The notes beneath the pieces are model-generated. The model worked only from the letters and a program-made list of their open reading frames with translations. It made no database searches and had not been told where the DNA came from. Shown here in pieces: positions 18,361-29,025 of a stretch of DNA of 64,000 nucleotides. The position numbers were made by a program, and so were the translations under genes. This stretch comes from Longimicrobiales bacterium. GTDB lineage: Bacteria; Gemmatimonadota; Gemmatimonadetes; Longimicrobiales; Gaopeijiaceae. Where the stretch lies: positions 384,001 through 448,000 of the forward strand of contig OZ250165.1 in assembly GCA_965238005.1 (NCBI GenBank), given 5' to 3'. How positions within the stretch are numbered: the stretch's first letter is position 1; each line of letters starts with the position of its first letter.

Positions 18361-20834
18361 CGTCACCGGGACCAAGCCTTGCAGTAGTCATCGGCGAAGG
18401 GGGCATCGGCAAATCGAGAATCGTCGAGGATGTGACCAAGAGGAGGGTCCTTGAGGGATGTCAGATCTTAGGTGCACGAGCAGCCGAGTTTGAGGATTGT
18501 ATCCCTCTTAACCCGATTATTGACTCGCTGGATCGGTTGAGTGCGAAAGACCTAGTAGGGCTTGAGGAGCCATGGTCGACCGTACTGCAAAACGTACTAC
18601 CAGGACTCAGTAACGCACCCTCACAGGTAATCGCACCCACTATTCAACCCGGCAGCGTACCACGGCGCCTCTTTGAGGCATTCCTGCGCCTCTTTGAACA
18701 CCTCTCTCGAAAGCGACCCGTCCTGCTGTTCCTGGACGACGTACATTGGATCGACGAGACCTCGCTGTCAGTCATCCAGTTCATCCGCAGACGAGCGGTA
18801 GGCGATATTGAGATCGTCTTGGTCTTCACCACGGAGATGATCCAGAAGCGAGCATGCATAGAAAACTTCTTGGACTCAGTCCCAGACGAGGATGAGAAGC
18901 TTTGTGTCCGCGAGCTCGATCCAGAGGACGCGGAAACACTTGTCCTTGCACTTGCAGGCAACTCGGTAGTGCCAGAGGCGCTTATCAACATATGCGCACT
19001 GGGTGCCGGCAATCCCTTTTACCTCACCGAGTTGACCGCCGAGTATCTCGCCGGTCGACTCATACATACACCAGAGACTTTAGACCCGCCTCTCCCACCC
19101 TCCGTAAGACATCTACTTGAGCCGCGGCTGTCGGGTCTCTCAATCGCTGCAGGTCGTATGCTGGCAGCCCTGGCGGTGTCTGGACACCCACAGTCGATCC
19201 CCGATGTGGTTCGTCTGCTTGAGCTAGATGCAGACGCCCTCATTGATGCCAGTGAGGAGTTGCTCATGGCGCGACTCGTGACGGAGAGAGACGCCCGGTA
19301 CGTGATCGCGCACCCCATGCTCAGGCGTGCCGTCTATGATCGCATTAGCCCCGCCCGGAGATGTGAGCTTCACGAGCGTGTAGCCCAGTCGTTTGCTCGC
19401 AGCGAAGGCGACGGAAGGGATGGCGCGGTAGCACTACACTTTGACCGGTCCGGCAATTCAGCGGAAGCAGTGAGGTTCGCCCTCCGGGCGGCAGATCGAG
19501 CCGAACGGTCGGGAGCGGTGCCGGAGACGATCAAGAACCTATCCATCGCGCGCCGACATGAGGAGCGACCTGATGCGGCGCGAGAAATTCTTTGTCGTCT
19601 TGGTCATCTCCACTATCTGCACCAGGACCTCGAACAGGCGGCGGCGATCTTGGGCCTAGCAAGTGATCAGCTGAAAGAGGCTGAACAGAATGACCGAGCA
19701 TGGGAGGCCCAGCTGGAGCAGACCGACTGTCTATTGAGACTCAACCCATCCCTAGTGCATGATCTGCTTGACCGTCTAGTCGCGATGAGAGAGTCGTTCC
19801 AGACCGCTTCCGCCACCGAACCCTACGCCAGAGCCTTGGATATTGAGGTCCACGCTCTTGATCGCCTTGGAGATACGGCGGGTATTCGCACTAGGCTCGA
19901 GGAGGCTGAGACCGTCCTGCGGACTGGCACTCCACTGGCCAGATGTCGAGCCCATTGTACGATGGCGTTGCACCAACTCCATGGGAACGCCGCGTTGGCC
20001 TTGAACAATGCTCGACAGGCCGTCGAGCTCGCTGAGGCCAATGACTTGGTCACCGAGTGGCCAATCGCCATCAACCGGCTCATTGTCGTGTTGATCTATC
20101 GGGGATCGATGGAGTCGGAGGGCGGCTTGGAACTCCTGGAAAGAGCCGAGAATGCTGCCGCCCGAGTTGGAGACCTGCTCCTTCGCTTCACGCTCGGACT
20201 CAACCGGGGCGTCTGGTACCTCGAGACGGCAAACTATGCAGCTGCCGAGGTGGCGTTTGAGAAAGCTCAAGCGATACTTGGGGAGCCTGACGACACTTCA
20301 TCCGGAGCACTACTCAATATGAACCTCGGCGAGCTCAGTCTAATGACCGGGGACACGCCTCGTGCCGAGATGTTCTTTCGCCGTGTGTTGGAGACGGATG
20401 CTGCCTCCTTGCCTGCCAATCTCGCTCTCATCGCTGAGGCTGGACTGGGAATCTGTGAGCTCAGCGAGGGTAAGCTCCGCGAGGCACGATCCCGAAGTGC
20501 CAGATTGACACTGCCAAGTCACTGGTCGTTTGACCCAACTTTGCCAGCGACCTTTCAGGCACGGATTAATACTCGGCGAGGCGATCTTGAAGGAGCATTG
20601 CGGACGATCCGTTCGGCCGCAGAGACCATAAGGGACCGGTTCCCACTCAGCTGGATCAAGCTACGAATGGAGGAGCTTCGCCTACTGCAAAGGGGTGACA
20701 ACAGCGATGCCGCGTCGCTAGCCCATGAAGCGTATGACTTCGCTGGCGACCTTGGGTTGGAGCATCACTGCGCGGCGCTCGAGAGGTTCATGTAGGTGTT
20801 GTGTTTCTCTGCGACACGTCAGGAGTGAGGAGGA

Positions 20835-22245
20835 TCAGATCGCCTCCGGGGAAGGCCGTACCGACGAACCCCTACCGTATGCGACCTTCGGGGGGTGAGG
20901 AGCCGGCTGGGGCGCCGATAGGTGAAGAGGCTCTGCGACAAGGTCCTGCCCCATCTCGGCGGCATGGTCGTCGAGAAGGGAGGATCCCACTACCACAGCC
21001 ACGATTGCCTGATCGAACTGGATTCCGGCGAACTCTTCCAGTTGCTCCCGTACTACCGGAAGCGGAAGGGCCTTCCGGTACGAGCGGTCTGATAGCATCG
21101 CATCCATCGCATCCGAGACCTTGATGATCCGTCCACCCATCAGGATCGCGTCACCGGCCACTCCATCCGGGTAGCCCCGGCCATCGACACGTTCGTGATG
21201 GTGTCTCACGGCCCCTAGGACCTCCTCCGGGAACGACGAGAAGGATTCGAGCAGTGCCACACCCCTTGTGACGTGTGACTCGATTACCTTCCGCTCGGCA
21301 GGCGTAAGAGGTCCCTTCTCTTGAAGGATCTCAACGTACATCTCATCGATCTTACCTATGTCGTGGAGGAGTGCAGCCGTCTCAATCAAACTGACCCGAC
21401 GCGCCGAGAGCCCGAGCTCCTCTGCGATCCGTCGTGACAGATCAGCGACGCGCTGGGAGTGCCCCGACGTGTATGGGTCACGCACTTCGATGGCCTTGAC
21501 CAGGGCTTTGAGGAGATTGGTGTTGGCCTCTTGGAGCTGGAAAGTGGTCAAGTACGCGCGGCGGATGAAAAGCAGCGGGAGCAAGACAATTAGAAAGCCC
21601 GGAATACCATGATCGACATACAGGAATGCGATTACGAGAGCGATAGGGCTAACAAGGAGATCATACAGAAGATTGGACCCGGACTTACCGGCCAGTAATC
21701 CCCAGGTCTTCTTGAAGGACATCCTCTGACTCACGGCAATCGCGAACGAAACCGATCCGTGATTGATCAGCAGGAATACGAGGGCGAACGCGACCACTGG
21801 TCCAAGCTGGAAGGCAAAGTCAGGCCCCGTCAGCTCCGGAGCCTGAGGTAGTCCCCCAACCGCTGTGAAGACGAGCCCGCCAACGACCGTCGAAAGAACA
21901 AACTGGCTGATGTTGAAGATGGCCTTTATCGGCAACTTCTGCCGAATAATGAGCTCACCGAAGGTCCCTGTCGTGGCATGGAGGATCAGAGCTGGCGCGG
22001 GCCCAAACAGTAGAACGCAGGCCAACAAGGGAAGAAACGTAATGGACGAACTACCCGAATTCCCACCAACCTTGATCGTTAGCGACAGGGACTCGGATAG
22101 CAACCCCAGGGTGATTAGGGCGAGGAGTCCCGCCCAGGCTTCCGCAGGAAGGCCAAAAAGGGAAGCCCAATCTACCAGGAGGCAGAGAACCCAGGGATAG
22201 AACTACAACTACCGCGACGTATGTACGTACGGGTCCAGTGTCCAT
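20835..22245 (-). pseudogene. Membrane-sensor HD-GYP phosphodiesterase with an apparent +1 frameshift near 22182
   Basis: RDPYTSGHS, LLHDIGK, HHHERVDGRGYP and a multi-TM N-terminus. The ATG 22245 frame (MDTGPVRTYVAVVVVLSLGSL) joins LLVDWASLFGLP...LLSESLS if one base is removed; may be a read error. Confidence 0.85.
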
Positions 22246-22274
22246 TCACAAGACCCCCCTCGACCCAATCGCCC

Positions 22275-22358
22275 TTACCAGCCTGAAATGCCGCTGTAGA
22301 TCAGCCACGCGGCAAAAAAATCCCACAGAGAGCTCCAAGCGTCTACAATGAGCAGCAC
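22275..22358 (-). CDS. 27-aa hydrophobic Trp-rich small peptide MLLIVDAWSSLWDFFAAWLIYSGISGW
   Basis: SD GGAGGTG 6 nt before GTG 22358; TAA at 22275-22277; sits between two same-strand genes; below ORF-track cutoff. Confidence 0.7.
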   Translation of the reverse strand: MLLIVDAWSSLWDFFAAWLIYSGISGW

Positions 22359-22491
22359 ATTTATCACCTCCCTTCGGGTGGTGTCAGCTTCCTCCGCTCA
22401 GGAAGCCGCTGCGCTCCGCTCTTGCCTCTCCGCTTCGCTCTTGGCCGGTCGAGGGGGTCTCCCGTTGTGAGTTGTCCGCTCCGAGCTCGCT

Positions 22492-23175
22492 TCAGATTCT
22501 GCCCCGGACCCAGCGGTCCGCGGCCTGAAGCGTTCCCAATATCACAGCCTTGTCGGCTGTGTCTTCGACGGCCGCCGCCCCCGCGAGGGCGGTGATCGAC
22601 CGTCCGTGAATCGCGTGTATCGCAACCAACGCGAACTGCTTGTCGAACGCCTCCAACAACTTCACTCCATCGACAGATAGGGCCACCTGGCCCTCTCCCA
22701 GGAGGGCCGCGATGGCACCTTCAATCGCCTTGACTGCCGCAGCGGCAGTCGTCTCGAGTCTCGCTCGGGCCAGGTCGGCTCCACTGGCCTCGCCTTCGTA
22801 GCGCTCTCCGCGCCACTCCACCGTCACCCGGATCCGCACTCGGTGAGACCCTTCGGTCTTGGCCTGGTGGCTGACGAAGAGCATCCGCTCCTCCCTGTTC
22901 AGCCGAGCCGGGTGCTGAAATACCTTTGCTTCTCTAGCCGCCTCCTCTTCCGTCGTCTGCGCCACCGACACCTTGCGGTGGTCGATCTTCATGCCGAATT
23001 GGGCCACCAGTGCGGACTCGACGTTCCGGACCGACTGCTTCGGCGACACGTCGCCCAGGGTGAGGAGATGGACCTCTTCGATCTCTCCTCCGGGCCGTGC
23101 CACCACCCGCGCCGACACCACTCCCTTCAGGGAGTTCAGCAGGGCCTATGCCTCCTCGATACTCCATTCCTTCAT
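22492..23175 (-). pseudogene. Conserved hypothetical protein (EVHLL...PKQSVRNVESAL...IDHRKVSVAQ) with in-frame TAG at 23146-23148
   Basis: MKEWSIEEA*ALLNSLKGVVSARVV is continuous with ORF 22492..23121. Confidence 0.7.
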
Positions 23176-23682
23176 GGGCGGAGTCGGAGTCTTCTCCGCG
23201 TTCACTAGCGGAGCCGAAAGGGGGACGAGGTCTCCCTCCGAGTCGCGCCCCCGACCCTGGTCCAACCCCGTCCGGAGCAGGTCAGGTCATCGTCGAAAGC
23301 GTGGTCTCCTTCGTCTATGTTGCACCCTCCCATCGTTCCCCGATCAAGAGAAACCGTGAGGGACGCCGGTCCGGGCCGACCCGCAGTGACACCGATGGGG
23401 AGGCAAGCCAAATGTTTATGAGACTTAAGGACAATGAGTCCCCAGGTCGGCTCCTGTCAAGAACATCTTATGCGGGGCCGTGTATCGGTGGCCTGGGGCG
23501 TTTTCCTATTGTTACGCTGATGATGATTCATCGGGAAAAAATACAACTTAGCAAACATCCGTAGCCAGCTATCTGGAGCCCTCGAGAGTCAAGTGGCTGG
23601 ACATGCGGGGACGCATTCACCTACACTAGGCTAGCCTGGCACCAGAGGGACGACTCAACCTCTCCAAAAGGACCCAGAGACC

Positions 23683-24387
23683 ATGGCGAGACCCCACGGC
23701 GTTGCTGCGCCCGTCCTTGCTTTCTCCCTCTTTCTCGCCGCATGCGCGACCACCCAGTCCATCTCCCGAGTGACTGAGTTTCCCGCGTTAACCAAGACGG
23801 GCGTTCAGCCGGGTGACCAGCTCGTCATCGCCTTCTACACGGCGGCCGGGACCGAGCTCGCGGAGGTCTCGGGAGAACGAACCATCGACGACAATGGTGA
23901 GATATTCCTGCCGTTCCTGGGGACCGTGACCGTCCTCGGCCTCGACGCCCAAACCATACGCGAGCTCCTCGAGGACCGCTACGGAGCTCTGTACTCCGAT
24001 CCCGTCGTCGAAGTGGTAGCCAACATCCACGTCAATATCACGGGCGCTGTCGCCAGAGCCGGCCAGTACTTCGTTCCCCCATCGGCAACACTCGTCGACG
24101 CTCTGGCGCTCGCGGGAGGAGCCGGCTCGGAGGTCGACCTCGGCCTGCAAGGAGGGGCGGCCGATCCAGCCCGCGTGCGGCTCGTCCGTGACGGCGTGGC
24201 GTCGGTCATCGACATGCGGCCTCTGGATGTCCGTCCGGAGGTCCTGTCGCTTCGTGTCCAGTCCGGAGATTGGCTCCACGTTCCCAGGGCCATCCGCTCG
24301 CAGGTTCGGGACGACGTCACGTTCTACGGCACGGTTCTGACTACGCTCCTCACACTCGGCTCTCTCATTGTCCTGATCGCGCGTTAG
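23683..24387 (+). CDS. Polysaccharide export lipoprotein (Wza-like, Poly_export + SLBB)
   Basis: Lipobox [40 protein letters not shown]. Confidence 0.85.
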   Translation: MARPHGVAAPVLAFSLFLAACATTQSISRVTEFPALTKTGVQPGDQLVIAFYTAAGTELAEVSGERTIDDNGEIFLPFLGTVTVLGLDAQTIRELLEDRYGALYSDPVVEVVANIHVNITGAVARAGQYFVPPSATLVDALALAGGAGSEVDLGLQGGAADPARVRLVRDGVASVIDMRPLDVRPEVLSLRVQSGDWLHVPRAIRSQVRDDVTFYGTVLTTLLTLGSLIVLIAR

Positions 24388-24401
24388 CCGGACCCACCCC
24401 C

Positions 24402-25046
24402 GTGCACCATGGTACACAAGACGGTTGGATCGAGGTGGTCGCGGGGGTGATGTTTTCGGGCAAGTCCGAAGAGCTCCTCCGGCGCGTGCGCCGGGCCCTC
24501 ATCGCCAAGAAGTCCGTTCAGGTGTTCAAGTCGCATCTGGACGACCGTTACGGCGGGGTCTTCCAGATCAGCTCCCACGACGGGCAGCAAGTAGACGCCG
24601 TCCCCGTCTCGAGCTCAGTGCAGGTCGCCGAGCTCGTCAAGCCGAGCGCGCAGGTCGTGGCTGTGGACGAGGCTCAGTTCCTGGACGACGGCATCGTCGG
24701 CGTCGTGAACGACCTTGCGGACCGGGGCGTCCGCGTGATCGTGGCGGGCACGGACATGGACTTCAGGGGCGAGCCGTTCGGTCCCATGCCCCAGCTCCTG
24801 GCAATCGCCGAGCTGGTGGACAAGCTCCACGCCATCTGCGTCGTGTGCGGCGATCTGGCGACCCGGAACCAGCGGCTCATCGACGGGAGGCCGGCCCCTG
24901 CTGAGGGACCCACCATCCAGGTGGGCGGCTCGGAGAGCTATGAGGCACGGTGCCGCAAGTGTCACGAGGTGCCGCAGGTGGATCGCGGCCAGACCGTGAT
25001 GGCCATGGGCGACCTCGGCCCCGACGAGGTGGCGCGCGCCCAATAG
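24402..25046 (+). CDS. tdk: Thymidine kinase
   Basis: [44 protein letters not shown]. Confidence 0.96.
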   Translation: MHHGTQDGWIEVVAGVMFSGKSEELLRRVRRALIAKKSVQVFKSHLDDRYGGVFQISSHDGQQVDAVPVSSSVQVAELVKPSAQVVAVDEAQFLDDGIVGVVNDLADRGVRVIVAGTDMDFRGEPFGPMPQLLAIAELVDKLHAICVVCGDLATRNQRLIDGRPAPAEGPTIQVGGSESYEARCRKCHEVPQVDRGQTVMAMGDLGPDEVARAQ

Positions 25047-25119
25047 CCTCTACCGTCCTTGACACTCCTTCCGCGGCACTAGAGTTTTTCTCACTCTGCC
25101 GACACCCGGCAAGAGTCAA

Positions 25120-25192
25120 TCCCGCGTAGCTCAGTTGGTAGAGCAGGCGGCTGTTAACCGCCTTGTCGCTGGTTCGAGTCCAGCCGCGGGAG
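25120..25192 (+). tRNA. tRNA-Asn(GTT)
   Basis: TCCCGCG/CGCGGGA acceptor, AGCTCAGTTGGTAGAGC D arm, GGCGG-CTGTTAA-CCGCC anticodon arm, GGTTCGAGTCC T loop; CCA not encoded. Confidence 0.96.
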
Positions 25193-25369
25193 CTCACGCA
25201 TCACCCTCGAGGCCCCCGGGGCCTGACCCTGGACCTCGTTAGCCATTCGCATAGCCTTCACGGCTTGCACACAGGCGGTCTCGCTCCCTGGAAATGTTCT
25301 TGGGGTCCAACGGGGCGAGATGTAGATTACCTGCCAACAGCCTGGAGTCGCCTCGGACGGAGGGCTCAC

Positions 25370-26719
25370 ATGGGTTACCAGCCCGAGACCACGCGGCAGG
25401 GCGGGATGTTTACCGACGAGACCGGCAAGCAGCTCTCCCTCGCCATGCAGTACGACTATACCAACTTCTACTTCGGGTCGGGCGACGACGCCTTCGCCAT
25501 GCTCGACCCGTTCGACGAGTGGTATAAGGACGCGAAGCCGGCGGGTTACTACCTGTACGGCCTTCCCATGCAGGGCGCACCCACCACGCGCGTGGACATC
25601 CGCAACACCATGACGGGTGAGATCCACGAAGGGCTCCTGAACTTCGCCTCGTACAACTACCTCGGTCTCTCGTATCGCTCCGAGGTCAAGGAGGCCGTGA
25701 TCGAGGCGGCCCTCCTCTACGGCAACGGTGCGTCGGGCTCACCGGTCCTGAGCGGATCGCTCGAGGTCCACCACGAGCTGGCGGACCGACTGGCGGCCTT
25801 CAAGGGCAGGGAGGCGGTGCTCCTCTTCCCCACGGGCTACAGCGTGAACGTCGGGGTCATAGCCGGGCTCATGCGCTCGGGAGACCTCATCGTCGCGGAC
25901 CAGTACGCCCACGCCAGCCTCGTGGACGGCATGATCCTGTCCAAGGCCACGAGCCGCTTCTTCCGCCACAACAAGGTCGAGGACCTCGAGCGGAAGCTGA
26001 AGCGCTACGATGGCAAGAAGCTGGTCCTCATCGAGGGCGTCTACTCCATGGACGGCGACGTGGCCGTCGTCCCCGAGATTGTCGAGGTGTGCCAGCGCTA
26101 CGGCGCCCGCATCCTCATCGACGAGGCCCACTCGACCTTCATCTACGGTGACAACGGCCGCGGTGTGGCCGAGCACTTCGGCTACGACGACGAGATCGAC
26201 ATCCACGTGGGAACGTTCTCGAAGAGCCTCGGCGGACAGGGCGGCTTCGTGGCCGGCTCGCAGAAGCTGATCAACTATCTGCGCGGGTTCTCGAGGTCCC
26301 GATTCTTCTCCTGCGGGCTGTCGCCCGTGGTGGCCGCCGGCATCCTCAAGGCGTTGGATCTCTTCGAGGCCGAGCCGGAGCTCCGGACCAAGCTCTGGGA
26401 GAACGTGGACTTCATGCAGAAGCGCCTCCGAAACGCCGGCGTCCTGGTGGGGGACTCCGAGTGTCAGGTGATCCCCATCATGATGCAAGACGACGCCCGC
26501 GTGTTCGAGATCGGCGAGGCGCTCATGCAGGAAGGCATCTACATCAATCCAGTCAGGTATCCGGCGGTCCCCAAGCACAAGTCCCGCTTCCGCATGTCCA
26601 TCTCCGCGTCCCACTCCCGGGAGGAGTTGGAGGAAGGAGCCCGGATCATAACCAGCGTCTTGCAAAGGTACGGCTCATGCCCGAAAACAGAGGACACTAT
26701 TACTTCAACAATGGGCTGA
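25370..26719 (+). CDS. PLP-dependent alpha-oxoamine synthase (serine palmitoyltransferase/BioF-like)
   Basis: NFASYNYLGL, TGYSVN, AHASLVDG, FRHN, EGVYSMDGD, IDEAHS, GTFSKSLGGQGG. Confidence 0.88.
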   Translation: MGYQPETTRQGGMFTDETGKQLSLAMQYDYTNFYFGSGDDAFAMLDPFDEWYKDAKPAGYYLYGLPMQGAPTTRVDIRNTMTGEIHEGLLNFASYNYLGLSYRSEVKEAVIEAALLYGNGASGSPVLSGSLEVHHELADRLAAFKGREAVLLFPTGYSVNVGVIAGLMRSGDLIVADQYAHASLVDGMILSKATSRFFRHNKVEDLERKLKRYDGKKLVLIEGVYSMDGDVAVVPEIVEVCQRYGARILIDEAHSTFIYGDNGRGVAEHFGYDDEIDIHVGTFSKSLGGQGGFVAGSQKLINYLRGFSRSRFFSCGLSPVVAAGILKALDLFEAEPELRTKLWENVDFMQKRLRNAGVLVGDSECQVIPIMMQDDARVFEIGEALMQEGIYINPVRYPAVPKHKSRFRMSISASHSREELEEGARIITSVLQRYGSCPKTEDTITSTMG

Positions 26720-27348
26720 GCTGCCTCTTCGAGATGCCGACCTCGAATGCGAAGCGGCTTCTTCCCTCGCACCTACAACCTATCGAAGTCCAGCACCAAC
26801 GGAGCGTCCTCTCGGTCACCGCGTTCGACTTCTTCGAAGGTGACGGCGGGGTGTACCAGGAGCTGCTGCTCTCCATTTTGGTGCCGCCGCTCGTGAAGCC
26901 GGGCGATTCGCTTCCCAAGGCCGCCCTCTATCCGTTCATGGTGGCAACCAGCACTGAGTTCGGGCGCAAGGAGGGCATCGAGCGCTGGAGGTTGCCGCAC
27001 CTCATGCGTGACATCGACATGGAGTTCACCGAGGGCGAGGGCAAGATTTCGGTGGCGGTGAGCGCCGACGGCGATGCCATCTGCGAGATGTCGGGGACGA
27101 GCCACGAATTCGAGCCGGCCGAGCTTCTCTTCCATTCCTTCATGTCGGACGACACCGGCAACTTCAAGGCGAATCTGACCATGCGGGGGGAGGGGTATAG
27201 CGAGCACGAGTTCGAGCGTGGATCGCTCACCCTCCACGAGCACGAGATGACGGCGGGGCTCACCATCGACGAGATCGCCGACTTTCCGTTCCAGGAGCAG
27301 TGGATGAAGGGCGGCGTGGAGATCTTCACGCCCCTGGAGAACGTCTGA
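26677..27348 (+). CDS. Acetoacetate decarboxylase-like family protein
   Basis: AKRLLPSHLQPIE...SVTAFDF..GVYQELLLSILVPP...GIERWRLPH pattern; overlaps the upstream gene end. Confidence 0.65.
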   Translation: MPENRGHYYFNNGLSCLFEMPTSNAKRLLPSHLQPIEVQHQRSVLSVTAFDFFEGDGGVYQELLLSILVPPLVKPGDSLPKAALYPFMVATSTEFGRKEGIERWRLPHLMRDIDMEFTEGEGKISVAVSADGDAICEMSGTSHEFEPAELLFHSFMSDDTGNFKANLTMRGEGYSEHEFERGSLTLHEHEMTAGLTIDEIADFPFQEQWMKGGVEIFTPLENV

Positions 27349-27386
27349 CCTCCATAAACATCGAGCCCCGGCCACAGCAACCGGCC

Positions 27387-28352
27387 ATGTCGTCCGACCA
27401 AGGCTCCAAGCGTGCCTTCGTGATCTTCAACCCGGCCTCGGGCCGGGGCAGAGGCGCGCGCCTAATGGATCGGCTGCTCGACCTTCTCGGAAAGCACCTG
27501 CCGGGGTTCGAGCACGCCGTCACGGAGCAGCCCGGCGAGGAGAGCCTGCTGGCCGATCAGGCCCTCGCCGACGGCCGCTTCGACCTCATCGTGGCCGTGG
27601 GCGGCGACGGCACCTGGAGCAACGTGGCGGACCGGGTGGTGGCATGTGACATGGAGGACGTGGCCTTCGGCCTCTTGGCCACGGGCACCGGAAACGACTT
27701 CGGGCGCAACTTTGGACTTTTCGAACGGGATCCCGACGTTGCCGTCCGGGCCCTCGCCGAGGGGAAGGTCATGACCGTGGACGTGGGTCGCGTGGTCACG
27801 CTGGGCACTCCCGTAGGGGCTCAGGCCGACGTTCTGGGCCCGGGCGAGGGGCGTCACTTCCTGAACCTCATCGGGTTCGGGTTCGACGTTGCCGTAGTCG
27901 AGGACGCCGCCGACGCCCGATTCCTCCGGGGGGCCGTCCTCTACAAGGTGACCGCCCTGAAGAACCTGTTCTCCTTCCCGGGCGTGGACCTGGAGCTCAC
28001 GGGTGACGAGCCCACGGTCCAGGGCAAGCAGCTCATGCTCACCATCTCCAACGGACCGTTCTTCGGGGGCGGGTTCCCCATCGCGCCGGCGGCGGAGCTC
28101 ACCGACGGCCTACTGGACGCTTGCGCCATCGGCAACGCCCCTCCGCTCACCCGCATGCGCCTGTTCCAAATGGCCGAGAAGGGCAGCCACGTTCTCTCCC
28201 CGTTCGTACACACACGCCGAAGCCGACGCTTCACCGTGAGCTTCGACGAGCCCCAAAAGTACGAGGTGGACGGCGAGGTCTGGCAGGCCCACGAGCCCCA
28301 CGTGGTGGTGGAGGTGGTGCCCCGGGCCCTCAGGGTCGTGGTCCCGGCCTGA
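27387..28352 (+). CDS. Diacylglycerol/sphingosine kinase-family lipid kinase
   Basis: NPASGRG, VGGDGT, GTGNDF, GFGFD, NGPFFGGG, DGLLD, EVDGE. Confidence 0.9.
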   Translation: MSSDQGSKRAFVIFNPASGRGRGARLMDRLLDLLGKHLPGFEHAVTEQPGEESLLADQALADGRFDLIVAVGGDGTWSNVADRVVACDMEDVAFGLLATGTGNDFGRNFGLFERDPDVAVRALAEGKVMTVDVGRVVTLGTPVGAQADVLGPGEGRHFLNLIGFGFDVAVVEDAADARFLRGAVLYKVTALKNLFSFPGVDLELTGDEPTVQGKQLMLTISNGPFFGGGFPIAPAAELTDGLLDACAIGNAPPLTRMRLFQMAEKGSHVLSPFVHTRRSRRFTVSFDEPQKYEVDGEVWQAHEPHVVVEVVPRALRVVVPA

Positions 28353-28377
28353 GACTCAGGCAGCTCGCTCCGGGCTC

Positions 28378-29025
28378 CTATCCCGACGTCTTCTTGAGGC
28401 GTCCGGCCACCAGCGTCCAGCTCTGGTCGGCCAGCAGCTCCGCATCGGCCTCGTCGTGGCTCACCAGGACCAGCGGAGTGCCGTGCCTTTGGGCGTAGTC
28501 GCGCACCGCCGTGGCGATCTCCAGGCGTAGGGGCCGGTCGAGGGCGGAGAATGGCTCGTCCAGAAGCAGCAGCCTGGGATTCGAGAGCAGAGCCCTGCCC
28601 AGGGCCACCCTCTGGCGCTCACCCCCCGACAGAAACCGCGGCCGCCTTTCCAGGAGCTCGGAGAGGGAAAGAAGCTCGGAAACCTTGGCGACGTCGGACG
28701 GGTCCGGCCCCGTGTAGGCCAGATTCTCCCGCACCGAGAGGTGGGGGAAGAGAAGGACCTCCTGGGGCACCCAGCCGACCCGTCGCTCCCAGGCCGGCAC
28801 GGACACTCCGGCCCCCGTGTCGAGCCAGATGTCTCCGTTGACCCGCACCGTCCCCTGAGCCGCGGGCTCCAGCCCCGCGAGGACCCGCAGGAGGGAGCTC
28901 TTCCCCGCGCCGGACGGTCCAACGATCGCGACCGAGGCGCTGCTCGGGCTCCAGTCCACGTCGAGCTCGAAGGCGTCCAGAGGGAGGCGGATCCGCGCGT
29001 GCAGGGGTCCGGCCTCAGTGCCCAT
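28378..29025 (-). CDS. modC: Molybdate ABC transporter ATP-binding protein
   Basis: GPSGAGKS, RRVGWVPQ, LFPHLSV, LSGGERQRVA, LLLDEPFSALD. Confidence 0.88.
   Translation of the reverse strand: MGTEAGPLHARIRLPLDAFELDVDWSPSSASVAIVGPSGAGKSSLLRVLAGLEPAAQGTVRVNGDIWLDTGAGVSVPAWERRVGWVPQEVLLFPHLSVRENLAYTGPDPSDVAKVSELLSLSELLERRPRFLSGGERQRVALGRALLSNPRLLLLDEPFSALDRPLRLEIATAVRDYAQRHGTPLVLVSHDEADAELLADQSWTLVAGRLKKTSG

Larger units (their letters stand above)
16064..20795 (+). pseudogene. BTAD-like + AAA ATPase + TPR regulator interrupted by IS256
   Basis: Removing 16904-18360 plus one TSD copy joins the two ORFs in frame (LTTASPGPSLAVVIGEGGIGKSR), restoring Walker A; 1088 aa. Confidence 0.9.

Noticed and set aside
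23146..23148. In-frame TAG as pyrrolysine or stop-codon recoding
   Set aside because: No pyl genes in the window, TAG terminates other genes here, and GAG to TAG is one substitution
23205..23420. c-di-GMP riboswitch upstream of the HD-GYP operon
   Set aside because: No GEMM-type conserved elements recognisable
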